64,000 nt of DNA from Occultella glacieicola (GCF_004353825.1 NZ_SMNA01000004.1:434001-498000), one strand, 5' to 3'; positions 29,309 through 39,692 are shown, numbered from the stretch's first letter. Made by a program: numbers and translations. Notes: generated by a model not told the origin, from the letters alone.

Positions 29309-30501
29309 CCATCATCCGCAACGTCCGCCCGTGGGGCGGACCGGCCAGCGACCTCCACCTCACCGACACCCAGATCACGGCGGTCACCCCGCACGACCCG
29401 GCCACCGCCGTCGGGCCGGATGCCGGTACGGCCGTCGACGGCGACGTGATCGACGGCGGCGGCCGGCTCGCGCTGCCGAGCATCGTGAACACCCACGCCC
29501 ACGTGGACAAGTCGTGGCAGGGGCTGCCGTGGCAGTCCTACGGGGGTGAGGCCGGCACCGACGGCCGGATCCGGCACGAACGGGCCCGCCGCGACGAGCT
29601 CGGCATCCCCGGCGTGGAGATCACCACCGCCGTGCTGCGCGAGTTCGTCCGGCACGGCACCACCGCGCTGCGCACGCACGTGGACGTGGACCTCGGCGTC
29701 GCCCAGCGAGGCATCGACGTGGTCCGGGAGGCGGTCGCCTCCTTCGACGGGGCGCTCGAGGCGCAGATCGTCGCGTTCCCGCAGGACGGCGTGCTCCGGC
29801 GCGAGGGGGTGCTGGACCTGCTCGCCGAGGCTGCCCGGGCCGGGGCGGAGTACATCGGCGGGCTCGACCCGGCCGGCATCGACCGGGACCCGGTCGGCCA
29901 GCTCGATGCCATCTTCGCGATCGCGGCCGAGCACGGTTGCGGCCTCGACATCCACCTGCACGACCCCGCCGAGCTGGGGGCGTTCCAGTTCGACCTGATC
30001 CTGGAGCGGACGGCCCGGTACCAACTGGCCGGAAAGGTGAACGTGGCGCACGGGTTCGCGATCGCGCAGGTGACGCCGAGCCGGCGGGCGGACCTGCTCG
30101 CCGCGATGGCCGAGCTCGATGTCACGATGACCACGGTGGCTCCGCTGCGCGGACCGCAACTGCCGCTGGCCGAGTTCGACGACGCGGGCGTCGCGTTCGG
30201 CTTCGGCACCGACGGGATCCGGGACCTGTGGTCGCCCTACGGGACCGGCGACACCCTCGGCATCGCGTGGCAGTACGGGCGCGCCGCCGGGATCGTCCGG
30301 GACGAGGACCTGACCCGGGTGGTGCGGATCGCGACCTCCGACGCCGCGCGGTTCGTGGGACGCGACGTCCACGACCTGGTTCCGGGCGCACGTGCCGACC
30401 TGATCCTGCTGGATGCCGAGAACCCGATGGACGCGCTCGTGCGCACGCCGCCGCGGGACCTCGTCATCGGTGGGGGACGGGTGTTGCACAGCACCCTCTG
30501 A
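29305..30501 (+). CDS. Metal-dependent amidohydrolase (cytosine deaminase-like)
   Basis: HAHVDK, RTHVD, AFPQDG, DIHLH, GTDG. Confidence 0.88.
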   Translation: MTIIRNVRPWGGPASDLHLTDTQITAVTPHDPATAVGPDAGTAVDGDVIDGGGRLALPSIVNTHAHVDKSWQGLPWQSYGGEAGTDGRIRHERARRDELGIPGVEITTAVLREFVRHGTTALRTHVDVDLGVAQRGIDVVREAVASFDGALEAQIVAFPQDGVLRREGVLDLLAEAARAGAEYIGGLDPAGIDRDPVGQLDAIFAIAAEHGCGLDIHLHDPAELGAFQFDLILERTARYQLAGKVNVAHGFAIAQVTPSRRADLLAAMAELDVTMTTVAPLRGPQLPLAEFDDAGVAFGFGTDGIRDLWSPYGTGDTLGIAWQYGRAAGIVRDEDLTRVVRIATSDAARFVGRDVHDLVPGARADLILLDAENPMDALVRTPPRDLVIGGGRVLHSTL

Positions 30502-30553
30502 GCCCTTGGAGCGAGCCACGGCGCCGCTTTGATTGCATTGATATCGTTGTGGC

Positions 30554-30802
30554 ATGAGCGCCATCACGATCAGGAAACTGCCCGACGGTGCGAAGCAGCG
30601 GCTTCGCATGCGCGCGGCAGCGCACGGCCGCTCGATGGAGGCCGAGGCGCGCACGATCCTGCTCGACGCACTCAACACCGGCCACCGGGTCGACCTCGAC
30701 TGGATCGAGCAACTTATCGCCGTGGGTGGTGAGGTCGGCGGCGTCGAGCTGCCGGAACTGAAGGATGAGCCGGCCACGGCGGCCGACCTTGGCCCGGCGT
30801 GA
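30554..30802 (+). CDS. FitA-like ribbon-helix-helix antitoxin
   Basis: ITIRKLPD..KQRLRMRAAAHGRSMEAEAR. Confidence 0.88.
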   Translation: MSAITIRKLPDGAKQRLRMRAAAHGRSMEAEARTILLDALNTGHRVDLDWIEQLIAVGGEVGGVELPELKDEPATAADLGPA

Positions 30803-31212
30803 TCATTCTCGACACCAACGTGATCTCCGAGGCGATGCGGGGACCACGGGCGTCCTCGGTCGTGATCGCCTGGATCCGTGCGCTCTCCGAGCAGCCGGTC
30901 ACCACGGTGGTCAATCGGGCCGAGATCCTGGCCGGCGTCGCGCTCCTGCCCGACGGAGCGCGCAAGGACTTGCTCGCCGGCGCCGCCCGCGCTGCATTCG
31001 ACACGCTCGGCGTGTGCCTTCCCCTCCTGCCCGAGTGTGCCCAGGAGTACGCCGACATCGTCGCCTCCCGACGGGCCGCGGGCCGACCCATCGGTGGCAT
31101 GGACGCGCTGATCGCGTCGATCGCTCGCGTGAGCGGCGCGGACCTGGCGACCCGGGACGTGCGTGACTTCGAGGGGGTCGGTGTCGATCTGATCGACCCA
31201 TGGCAGACCTGA
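30799..31212 (+). CDS. vapC: VapC/FitB PIN-domain toxin
   Basis: IILDTNVISE, DALIASIA, LATRDVRDF; GTGA overlap with the antitoxin. Confidence 0.92.
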   Translation: MIILDTNVISEAMRGPRASSVVIAWIRALSEQPVTTVVNRAEILAGVALLPDGARKDLLAGAARAAFDTLGVCLPLLPECAQEYADIVASRRAAGRPIGGMDALIASIARVSGADLATRDVRDFEGVGVDLIDPWQT

Positions 31213-31228
31213 GCCGGGCGCGGACCCG

Positions 31229-31822
31229 TCAGCCTCGTTCGCCGGCGAGTTCCTCCAGGCCTCGCACCAGCATTGTGACGAGCGCGGCGAAGCTGGTGTC
31301 GAGATCGCGGGCGAGGCCGAATCCGCCCTCCAGTTCGAGCAGGACGAAGCCGTGGATGGCCGACCGGAACACCCGGACGGCGTCGATCGCGACGTCCGCC
31401 GGAAAGTCGTAGCCGCGCAGTGCGTTCATGGTGACCGCCAGGGCCGCGCCGCTCGCCTCGACGAGTGCGGCGTCGGCGGGGTCGTCCGGGTCGCCGGCCT
31501 GCTGGGCGGCCAGATAGCGGGCCGGGCTCGCCTCGGCGTAGGCACGCAGACCCTCGGCGAGGGCGACGACGGCGTCCGCTCCGGCGCGCCCGACGGTCGC
31601 CTCGCTGAGGGCGCGCGTGAAGTGACGGACCGACTCCACGGCGACCTCGCGCCGCAGGTCGGCGAGGGAGTCGACGTGCTTGTACAGACTCGGCGTCGAG
31701 ACGCCGTGCCTGGCCGCCACCGCGGCCAGCGTGAGATCCTCGAAGGCCCGCGGGCCGCCGTCGTCCATGATGGTGAGCACCGTGCCGACGAGCGTCGACC
31801 TGCTGAGCCCGGCCCTAGGCAT
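31229..31822 (-). CDS. TetR-family regulator (WHG-type C-terminal domain)
   Basis: LAAVAARHGVSTPSLYKH; SAIHGFVLLE. Confidence 0.9.
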   Translation of the reverse strand: MPRAGLSRSTLVGTVLTIMDDGGPRAFEDLTLAAVAARHGVSTPSLYKHVDSLADLRREVAVESVRHFTRALSEATVGRAGADAVVALAEGLRAYAEASPARYLAAQQAGDPDDPADAALVEASGAALAVTMNALRGYDFPADVAIDAVRVFRSAIHGFVLLELEGGFGLARDLDTSFAALVTMLVRGLEELAGERG

Positions 31823-32684
31823 TCGCGCCGCCCGCCGGCTGCGGGTTCGCTTCGGTCGGCTGGGCCTCCGCGAGGAAGGTCAGCACGGCCTGCACGACCA
31901 GGTCCGGGCGTTGGGCGTGGGGGTAGTGCCCGGCGTCGGCGATCAGCGCACCATCGGCGCCGATCGCGCCCGTGGCCCAGGCGAGCTCGTCGGCAGGGGA
32001 GCGGAAGTCGGGGTCGTGGTCGCCGATCAGGATGAGCGACGGCGTCGCGACCTCGGGCAGACGCACCTCCACCTCGCTGTGGTTCAGCTGCACGGCCAGG
32101 TCGCGCAGGGAGCGCAGCCGGCCCGGCTCCCGGAGGCTGCGGCGGAGGTCCCGCACGTGCTCGGCGAGCCACGGCGCCTTGGTGACCTTGTTCAGGCTCG
32201 CGTAGTAGGAGCCCCAGAATGCCGCGCCCCAGGGGCGCGCGAACAGCACCCGGTAGGCGAGGCGCATCGCGAGCTGGGCGGACCGGCTTGGCATGGGTTC
32301 GCGCAGGAACGGGCTGAGCAGGACGAGCCCGGCCACCGCTTCGGGGCGCTCCGCCGCCGCCCAGGCGGCCGCGGAGGCGCTCATCGAGTTGCCGATCACG
32401 ACCGCGGGCCCGCCGAGCCGGTCGATCAGGGCGAGGATGTCGCGGCCGGTCACGGCATCGCCGTGGCTGGTGAACGTGGTGTCGCTGTCGCCGTGACCGC
32501 GCAGGTCCATGACGGCCAGGCGGTACCCGGCCCCGGTGATCGGGCCGGCGAGGTCGCGGTAGACCGAGCGCAGGTCACCCATCCCGGGGACCGCGATGAC
32601 GAGCGGACCGGTGCCGGTGACCGTGTACGCGAGCCGGCCGTCGGGCCGGGCGAGGTGGCGGATCTCTGTCGGGTTAGTGGACAT
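31815..32684 (-). CDS. Alpha/beta-fold hydrolase
   Basis: DLRGHGDS, nucleophile elbow GNSMS, GDHDPD, AGHYPH. Confidence 0.9.
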   Translation of the reverse strand: MSTNPTEIRHLARPDGRLAYTVTGTGPLVIAVPGMGDLRSVYRDLAGPITGAGYRLAVMDLRGHGDSDTTFTSHGDAVTGRDILALIDRLGGPAVVIGNSMSASAAAWAAAERPEAVAGLVLLSPFLREPMPSRSAQLAMRLAYRVLFARPWGAAFWGSYYASLNKVTKAPWLAEHVRDLRRSLREPGRLRSLRDLAVQLNHSEVEVRLPEVATPSLILIGDHDPDFRSPADELAWATGAIGADGALIADAGHYPHAQRPDLVVQAVLTFLAEAQPTEANPQPAGGANA

Positions 32685-32870
32685 AGCTGATAGGTTAATG
32701 GCAATAGCCAAAGTGCGCAAGGGTGCGATCGGAGCAGGTGGGATCGGGGGGCATGCGTCACTGACCCGCCGAACGGGTCAGTGACGCAGCGCCGCCGGCG
32801 GCCCCGGCCAGGCGACCGTGATCGCCTCACGGATAGCCACCTCTGGGCCGGCGGGTTGGCGGGTCGGCGC

Positions 32871-32932
32871 GTTGACAGGCGCACCTCCGGCATGGAACGC
32901 TGGTGCAAGTAGAAGCATCAGTGAATGAATAT
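32871..32932 (+). promoter_or_regulatory. Promoter plus conserved operator, copy A
   Basis: GTTGACAG...AACGCT GGTGCAAGTAGAAGCA...ATGAATAT, paralleled at 48401-48457. Confidence 0.7.
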
Positions 32933-32974
32933 GCGTGCGGCTTGTCGGGCCGCCGGACTCGGTCAAGGAGTGCC

Positions 32975-33886
32975 ATGGCACAGCAGGGACAGCGACGCCG
33001 CGCGATCATCAATACCGACGCCAAGAACGAGGCCGACGATCAATACGCGATCGTGCACGCACTGCTGTCACCCACCATCGACGTCCGTGGACTCGTCGCG
33101 GCCCACTTCGGCACCGTGCGGTCCCAGCGCAGCATGGAGGACTCCCGGGCCGAGATCGACCTGATCCTCGACCTGCTCGCCCTGGACCGCGAGGTGCCGG
33201 TCGCCAACGGCGCCGCCCACGCGCTCCCGGACCCGACCACGCCGGTCGACTCCCCGGGTGCCCGGCTGATCATCGACGAGGCCCACGCCGAGACCGAGAG
33301 CACTCTGTATGTCGCGTTCCTCGGGCCGCTGACCGACATGGCCAGCGCGCTGCTGCTCGACCCGAGCATCCAGGACACCGACACCGTGGTGATCTGGATC
33401 GGCGGCCACCACTACTACGACCCGATCTATCCCCTGCAGCCGAAGGTCGAGTTCAACCTCTCCAACGACATCACGGCAGCGAACGTGGTGATGGCGTCGC
33501 GGCTGCCGGTGTGGCAGGTGCCGAGCTCGGTCTACCGGCAGGTGGCCGTCGGCTACGCCGAGCTGGACGCGCGGGTCGCTCCGCAGGGGCGGATCGGCCG
33601 CTATCTCGTGGACCAGCTGCACGAGTGGAACGCGACCCACCACACCGGCCCGATCGAGCACCGCTCGCTCGGCGACTCGCCCGCCGTCGGCCTCATCCTG
33701 AACCCCGGCAGCGCACACTTCTCGTCCCGTCCCGCGCCGGTCTTCGCCGAGGACGGGTCCACGGACCTCAGCCAGGACGGCGCCCGCGAGGTGCTGGTCG
33801 CCGAGTCCTACGACACGCGCTGGCTGCTCGAGGACATGTTCCACAAGATCGCCCGCCACGCCGGCGCCGAGGGCGGCCCACGATGA
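32975..33886 (+). CDS. Nucleoside hydrolase (IU-NH) family protein
   Basis: Asp cluster INTDAKNEADDQYA, GPLTD, WIGG, EFNL, LGDSP; AAGGAG RBS. Confidence 0.85.
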   Translation: MAQQGQRRRAIINTDAKNEADDQYAIVHALLSPTIDVRGLVAAHFGTVRSQRSMEDSRAEIDLILDLLALDREVPVANGAAHALPDPTTPVDSPGARLIIDEAHAETESTLYVAFLGPLTDMASALLLDPSIQDTDTVVIWIGGHHYYDPIYPLQPKVEFNLSNDITAANVVMASRLPVWQVPSSVYRQVAVGYAELDARVAPQGRIGRYLVDQLHEWNATHHTGPIEHRSLGDSPAVGLILNPGSAHFSSRPAPVFAEDGSTDLSQDGAREVLVAESYDTRWLLEDMFHKIARHAGAEGGPR

Positions 33887-34761
33887 TGACCGCACACCTG
33901 CCCCAGGTGAGCATCTGGCGTGAGGTGCGCACCGCCGTCGAGACGGGTTCGCCCGACGAGAGCGCCGCGATCCTGGCCGAGCAGTCCCGGCTGATCCGCC
34001 GGTCCGTGCTCGCCATGATCGGCCGAGCGAGGGCCGGGCATATCGGCGGCGACTTCTCCGTGACCGACATCCTGGCCACCCTCTACTTCGGGGTGCTGCG
34101 CATCGACCCCGCCGATCCGGGCGCGCCGGTCCGGGACCGCTTCATCCTGTCCAAGGGGCACTGCGCCGCGTCCCTGTACTCCACCCTCGCGTTCTCCGGA
34201 TACTTCGACCCCGCCGAGCTGGACACGTTCATGGGACCGCACTCGGCCCTGAACGGACACCCGAACCGCACCAAGGTGCCCGGCGTGGAGACGAACACCG
34301 GGCCACTGGGGCACGGGCTCCCGGTCGCCGTCGGGGAGGCCCTCGGCGCCCGGCTGCTCGGCCACGACACCCGGGTGTTCGTGGTCTGCGGCGACGGGGA
34401 GATGCAGGAGGGCAGCAACTGGGAGGCGCTGATGTCCGCGGCGCACTACCGCCTCGCGAACCTCACGCTGGTGATCGACCGGAACCGCCTGCAGCAGGGG
34501 GCCCGCACCGAGGACACGAACGCCCTGGCCCCGCTGGCGGACAAGCTCGCCGCGTTCGGGTGGCAGGTGCGCGAGGTGGACGGCCACGACCACGCCGCGC
34601 TCCTGCAGGCGTTCGCGCCGGCGGACGGCGCCCGACCGGTGGCCGTGATCGCCAACACCGTCAAGGGCAAGGGCGTCTCCTTCATCGAGGACCGGGTGGA
34701 GTGGCACCACAAGGTGCCCACCCCGGACCAGATCGACCTCGCCCGGAAGGAGTTGGCATGA
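33883..34761 (+). CDS. aptA: Transketolase N-terminal subunit, probably apulose-4-phosphate transketolase A
   Basis: GHIGGD, LSKGH, TGPLGHG and the ThDP motif GDGEMQEG. The function is assigned from the apsI/aplK context. Confidence 0.75.
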   Translation: MMTAHLPQVSIWREVRTAVETGSPDESAAILAEQSRLIRRSVLAMIGRARAGHIGGDFSVTDILATLYFGVLRIDPADPGAPVRDRFILSKGHCAASLYSTLAFSGYFDPAELDTFMGPHSALNGHPNRTKVPGVETNTGPLGHGLPVAVGEALGARLLGHDTRVFVVCGDGEMQEGSNWEALMSAAHYRLANLTLVIDRNRLQQGARTEDTNALAPLADKLAAFGWQVREVDGHDHAALLQAFAPADGARPVAVIANTVKGKGVSFIEDRVEWHHKVPTPDQIDLARKELA

Positions 34762-35711
34762 CCGTCCTCGACACGGCCGCCCCGACCTACGACAACCGCA
34801 CCGCGTTCGCCGAGGAGCTGCTCGAGCTGGCCCGCGCGGACGAGCGGGTGGTCGCCGTCTGCAACGACTCGGTCGGCTCGTCCAATCTCGTGGGCTTCCG
34901 TGAGGAGTTTCCGGACCGGCTCATCAACGTCGGCATCGCCGAGCAGAACCTGGTCGGGGTGGGCGCCGGCCTGGCCGCAGCCGGGTTGATCCCGTTCGTG
35001 TGCGCCGCCGGACCGTTCCTGACCGGACGCTCGCTGGAACAGGTGAAGGCGGACGTCGCCTACAGCGCCCACAACGTGATCCTGTGCGGGATGAGCCCCG
35101 GCATGGCCTACGGCGAGCTCGGCCCCACCCACCACTCCGTCGAGGACCTGTCCTGGCTGCGCGCGCTGCCGGGCCTGGACATCGTGGTCCCCGCGGACCG
35201 GCACCAGACCCGCCAGGCCGTGCGTCAGGCCGTGGCGGACCCGCGCCCCACCTACATCCGGGTCGGTCGGCACAAGGTCCCGGACGTCACCGCGCCCACC
35301 GACCCGCTCGAGCGCGGCCGGTTCCTGCTCGCCCGCGCCGGCAGCGACGTCACCCTGATCGGCACCGGCACCCTGGTCTCCCGGGCGCTCGCGGCCGCGG
35401 ACCTGCTCGCCGCCGACGGCATCGACGCCCGCGTCCTCAACGCCGCCTACATCGCGCCGCTGGACGTCGAGGCGATCCGCGACGCCGCCACGCAGACGCG
35501 GGCGATCGTCACCGCCGAGGAGGCGAACATCTCCGGGGGCCTGGGCGCCGCCGTCGCCCTCACGGTCGCCGCCCAGGGCCGCGGCCCGGTGGTCCGGGCC
35601 CTGGGGCTGTCCGAGTTCGCGCCGACGGGCAGCACCGACCTGCTGCTGGAGCACTTCGGCCTCACCGGGCCCGCGATCGCCGCCGCCGCGCGGGAGGCGC
35701 TCGCCGGGTGA
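34758..35711 (+). CDS. aptB: Transketolase C-terminal subunit, probably apulose-4-phosphate transketolase B
   Basis: NVGIAEQN, GPTHHSVED; ATGA overlap. Confidence 0.75.
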   Translation: MTVLDTAAPTYDNRTAFAEELLELARADERVVAVCNDSVGSSNLVGFREEFPDRLINVGIAEQNLVGVGAGLAAAGLIPFVCAAGPFLTGRSLEQVKADVAYSAHNVILCGMSPGMAYGELGPTHHSVEDLSWLRALPGLDIVVPADRHQTRQAVRQAVADPRPTYIRVGRHKVPDVTAPTDPLERGRFLLARAGSDVTLIGTGTLVSRALAAADLLAADGIDARVLNAAYIAPLDVEAIRDAATQTRAIVTAEEANISGGLGAAVALTVAAQGRGPVVRALGLSEFAPTGSTDLLLEHFGLTGPAIAAAAREALAG

Positions 35712-35753
35712 TCCGGTGCGCGGGCGGACCGGGCCGGGCCCGACCGGTCCCGG

Positions 35754-36767
35754 TCAGGCCCGCAGCAGTGCCTGCGACTGGGTGACCTCGTGCCGCAGCG
35801 GCTGCCCGGCGACCCACCGTTCCAGCTCGTCGACGACGAGCCGGCCCAGGCGGCGGCGCTCCAGGCCGACGCTGCCGGCGATGTGCCCGGTGAGGGTGAC
35901 GTTCCCGAGCCCGTAGAGCGGTGAGTCGGCGCCCGGCGGGTCCGGCCAGGTGACGTCGAGCACCGCCTGCAGGTCGGGGCGGGAGCCGAGCACCCGCACC
36001 AGGGCGTCCTCGTCCACGAGGGCGCCACGGGCCGTATTGATCAGCGTGGCCCCGGCCGGGAGCCGGCGCAGTTCGTCGTGGCCGATCATCCGGTCGTTGC
36101 GGCCCGGCAGCCAGGGGGCGTGGATGCTCAGGACCTGGCTGGTCTCGAAGAGTTCGGCGAGGGAGTCCAGCCGGTGCACGCCGTGCTCGGCCGCGACGCC
36201 GCCGTCGAGGTAGGGGTCCCAGACGTCGATCCGGTGACCGAAGCGGTGCAGTCCGGTGGCCACCTTGCGCGCGATCGAGCCGAAGCCGACGAGCCCGATC
36301 CTCCGCTCGTAGATGCCGAGGTCGTCCTGGGCGGGCAGGAACGCGTGTGCGGCCCGCAGGTGCGCCGCGCTGCGGTGCGCGCCCTTGAGGGCGAGCACGG
36401 TGGCGGCGACGACGAACTCGGCCACCGGGTCGTTGTTGGCCTCGGCCGCGGAGACCACGGTGATGCCACGGTCCCAGAAGTCGTCGGGGGTGAGGTGCCG
36501 GATCGACCCGGCGCTGTAGAGGACCAGGCGCAGTGACGGCATCGCCGCGAGCAGGTCGGCATCCAGGCTCCGGGTGCCCCACCCGGTGAGCAGCACCTCG
36601 ACGTCGGCGAGGTGGTCGGCGCCGCGCAACTCCTCCGCCCTGGTGTGCACGCCCGCGACGGTCACCAGCGTGTGCAGGCGGGCCAGGTCCTCGGGACCCA
36701 GAACCGCGGCGAGCGCGTCCGCGTTCAGCAGCGCGGCGGCGACCGGCTTCGTTGCGGGGGTCGTCAT
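35754..36767 (-). CDS. D-isomer-specific 2-hydroxyacid dehydrogenase
   Basis: GLVGFGSIA, LINTARG, LDVT..P, TGHIAG. Confidence 0.9.
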   Translation of the reverse strand: MTTPATKPVAAALLNADALAAVLGPEDLARLHTLVTVAGVHTRAEELRGADHLADVEVLLTGWGTRSLDADLLAAMPSLRLVLYSAGSIRHLTPDDFWDRGITVVSAAEANNDPVAEFVVAATVLALKGAHRSAAHLRAAHAFLPAQDDLGIYERRIGLVGFGSIARKVATGLHRFGHRIDVWDPYLDGGVAAEHGVHRLDSLAELFETSQVLSIHAPWLPGRNDRMIGHDELRRLPAGATLINTARGALVDEDALVRVLGSRPDLQAVLDVTWPDPPGADSPLYGLGNVTLTGHIAGSVGLERRRLGRLVVDELERWVAGQPLRHEVTQSQALLRA

Positions 36768-37729
36768 GGGCGGTCTCCACGCTCGTGCGGGGTCCGGGGA
36801 CCGGCGTTCGTGGCCGCGCCGTCCGCGGGCGGCGCGGCCGCTCCGGCGACGGCGGCGAGCCGGGACAGCGCGGCCGCGCTGAGCTCGGAGTGCGGCGCCC
36901 GGACGCCGCCGGGCTCGATCCCCTGCCAGCGCAGCAGCGCCTTGATGGTCGCGACGTTGTACCGGCCGCCGTGCTCGGCGCGCAGTGCCTCGACCGGGCC
37001 GACGAAGTCGCGGACCAGACCGCGCAGCGCGGTGAGGTCGCCCCCGGTGACGGCCCGGTGCACCGCCAGCGCGATGTCCGGGCGGGCATTGGCGATGCCG
37101 GACGTGAACGACGTGACCCCGAGCGCACCGAAGGAGGCGACGGCGGACTCCGCGAGCCCGTTGATCCAGGCGCACTGCGTGCCTGCCGGCCCGTCGAGCA
37201 GCCGTGCGAGAGTGTGCAGGTCGGTGCGGGCGTACTTGACGCCCACCACGGCGGGCAGCGCGGTGAGGTCGGTGAGGTGGGCAGCCGAGAGCCGTGACGA
37301 GCGCACGTAGAGGACGAGGGGGAGGGCACTGGCCTGCGCGACCTGCCGGTAGAGGTCGGCCAGCCCGTCGCCGTCGCCGAACGGGTCCGCGGGTTCGTGC
37401 ACCATGGCGGCGTGATAGCCCAGTCCCGCGGCAGCCTCGATCTCGCCCACGAGGGTGCCGAGCGAGCCGCAGACCCCGGCGATCAGGGTCGTGGCCGGGG
37501 TCTCGGCGTTCGCCACGGCCCGCAGGACGGCGTGACGCTCGGCCGGTTCGAGTTGTTGCACCTCGGCGGTGTTGCCCAGGGCGGTCAGCACCGGGATCCC
37601 GGCCGTGGCGACGCGGGCCGCGATCTGCGCGACGGTCTCCTCGTCGATGCCTGCTGTGCCGGCCGTGCCGGTGGGGCCGGACCGGTAGGCGGCGACGAGA
37701 ACCGCGGTGACGCCGTCGAGCGCGATCAT
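36764..37729 (-). CDS. DHDPS-family enzyme (keto-deoxy-aldarate dehydratase/aldolase-like)
   Basis: LGNTAE, LVLYVR, VGVKYA, FTSGIAN. Confidence 0.82.
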   Translation of the reverse strand: MIALDGVTAVLVAAYRSGPTGTAGTAGIDEETVAQIAARVATAGIPVLTALGNTAEVQQLEPAERHAVLRAVANAETPATTLIAGVCGSLGTLVGEIEAAAGLGYHAAMVHEPADPFGDGDGLADLYRQVAQASALPLVLYVRSSRLSAAHLTDLTALPAVVGVKYARTDLHTLARLLDGPAGTQCAWINGLAESAVASFGALGVTSFTSGIANARPDIALAVHRAVTGGDLTALRGLVRDFVGPVEALRAEHGGRYNVATIKALLRWQGIEPGGVRAPHSELSAAALSRLAAVAGAAAPPADGAATNAGPRTPHERGDRP

Positions 37730-38535
37730 GCGGCACCGCCGACGCTCGGGTCGATCTCGATCTCGGCGGAGGCCTGGCGGGCCTGGACGCCGAGCCCGCC
37801 GTCGACGGTGATCACCTGACCGGTGAGGTAGGCGGCGTCGGCCGAGGCGAGGAACGCCGCGACGCCCGCGACGTCGGCGCCGGTGCCCGCGTGCCCCAGC
37901 GGGATCGGGGCCACCTCGCGGGCCTGGACGCTCGGATCCAGGGCCTGGAACCGGGTGTTCGAGATGGCGCCGGGGGCGATCGCGTTGACCCGGATGCCGT
38001 GCGGTGCCAGGTCGAGCGCGGCGGCCCGGGTGAACGCCTCGATGGCGCCCTTGCTCGCGTCGTAGGCCGCAGCCGACCGGTGCGCCTTGGTGGCACCGAT
38101 CGAGGAGAGGTTGATCACCGCGGCACCGGGACCCATCCGGCGCGCCGCGGCGTGCGTGGACAGGTAGGTGCCGCGGGCGGCCACGTCGAACTGGCGGTCC
38201 CACTGCTCGAGGGTGAGTTCGAGGAACGGGACCCGGCCGAGCAGCGGCACGGCGGCGTTGTTCACGAGCACGTCGATGCCGCCGAGTTCGGCGTCGACCC
38301 GGGCCAGCATCCGCTCGACCTGGTCGGGATCGGACACGTCCGCCGGGACCGCGGTCGCCGCGTGCCCGGCCTCGACGAGCCGAGCCGCCAGGTCCTCGGC
38401 CTCGCCGGGGACCACCCCGTTGACGGCGACGTGCGCGCCCTCGGCGGCGAACCGCTCCACGATCGCGCGTCCGATGTTTCGCGATCCGCCCGTGACGAGC
38501 ACCCGGGTGCCGTGGAAACGTTGGGCATGGTTCAT
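37726..38535 (-). CDS. SDR-family oxidoreductase
   Basis: TGGSRNIG, NNAA, YDASK. Confidence 0.92.
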   Translation of the reverse strand: MNHAQRFHGTRVLVTGGSRNIGRAIVERFAAEGAHVAVNGVVPGEAEDLAARLVEAGHAATAVPADVSDPDQVERMLARVDAELGGIDVLVNNAAVPLLGRVPFLELTLEQWDRQFDVAARGTYLSTHAAARRMGPGAAVINLSSIGATKAHRSAAAYDASKGAIEAFTRAAALDLAPHGIRVNAIAPGAISNTRFQALDPSVQAREVAPIPLGHAGTGADVAGVAAFLASADAAYLTGQVITVDGGLGVQARQASAEIEIDPSVGGAA

Positions 38536-39692
38536 GGCGTGCTCCCGACCCGGTCGATGATGGTGGTGGTGGCGCCCCGGTCCCAGCGCAGCGGCCCGGA
38601 CAGCTCGCGCAGCCGGTCGGGGTCGAGGTGGACGCCGAGGCCGGGGCCGGGCGGAGCCTGGAGGGCGCCGCCGGTGTAGGCCACCGGGTCGACCACGACG
38701 TCGGAGCGGTACAGCAGCGGCCCGACCGGGTCGCTGGCGACCGTGACCGCTGCGGTGGCCACGCCGAAGTGGGCCGCGGCGGCGGTGCCGATCGAGAGTT
38801 CCTGGGTGGTGCCGACGAGGCAGTCCAGGCCCGCGGCCTCGGCGATCGCGGCGACCCGCAGCGCCGGCGTGATGCCGCCGAGCGCGAACAGGCCGACGTT
38901 GAGGACGTCGACGGCGCGCTCGGTCGCCAGCCGGAGCGCGCTCGCCGCGTCGTACACGTGCTCGCTGACCGGTACGAGGGCCCGACGGCGGACCTCGCCG
39001 AGTCCGGCGACGTCACCGGCGAGGGCGGGGGCCTCGACGAGGGCGTACCCGAGGTCGCGGGTGCGTTCGATGAACCGGAGCGCGCCGGTGGCCGGGAGCA
39101 GGTTGGAGAAGTCGAGCGACTTGATCTCGATGCGGTCGCCGAACCGGGTCCGCAGTGCGCGCAGGAACATCTCGTCCAGTTCGAGGTCCCCGCCGACGTA
39201 GACGCGGAACATGGTGAAGCCCTGCGCGAGCCGGTCCGCGACCAGGTCGAGGTTGGCCTCGACATCGTCCCGGCTGCGGGCGCGGAACACCGGGTAGGCC
39301 ACCGGGAGGGCGGCGTGGACGGCGCCGCCGAGCAGGTCGCTGACGCTGCGCCCGCTCAGCTTCCCGCGCAGGTCCCACAGTGCCGTATCGATGCCGCACC
39401 TGATCACGGCGCCCTTGTCGTACAGGGACCCGGCCGAGGGGAAGGCCTCCTCGAGGAGCCGGGCGATCCGGTTCGCGGCCAGGGGGTCGGTCCCGGCGAG
39501 CATCGACTGCAGGCTGCTTGTGAGGTCGCCGAGGTCGGGGTGGAACCTCGGCAGGTGCTGGAAGTCCGACATCTCCCCGAGGCCGACGTGCCCGGCGTCC
39601 GTCTCCAGTTCCACGATGACGTGGCCGCAGACCAGGCCGGTGCTGCGGGCGACGTTCACCGGGGTGAGGCGCACCGCGGTGATCGCGGTCAC
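38532..39692 (-). CDS. Enolase-superfamily enzyme, GalrD-II (Oceanobacillus-type) galactarate dehydratase-like
   Basis: GEMSDFQHLP, RxY dyad (FRVYVG) in place of KxK, KSLDFS, SEHV and GTTQELSIGTAA match my recollection of O. iheyensis galactarate dehydratase. Confidence 0.75.
   Translation of the reverse strand: MTAITAVRLTPVNVARSTGLVCGHVIVELETDAGHVGLGEMSDFQHLPRFHPDLGDLTSSLQSMLAGTDPLAANRIARLLEEAFPSAGSLYDKGAVIRCGIDTALWDLRGKLSGRSVSDLLGGAVHAALPVAYPVFRARSRDDVEANLDLVADRLAQGFTMFRVYVGGDLELDEMFLRALRTRFGDRIEIKSLDFSNLLPATGALRFIERTRDLGYALVEAPALAGDVAGLGEVRRRALVPVSEHVYDAASALRLATERAVDVLNVGLFALGGITPALRVAAIAEAAGLDCLVGTTQELSIGTAAAAHFGVATAAVTVASDPVGPLLYRSDVVVDPVAYTGGALQAPPGPGLGVHLDPDRLRELSGPLRWDRGATTTIIDRVGSTP

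Noticed and set aside
30554..31212. FitAB/VapBC module as a novel system
   Set aside because: Canonical, well-described type II toxin-antitoxin pair.
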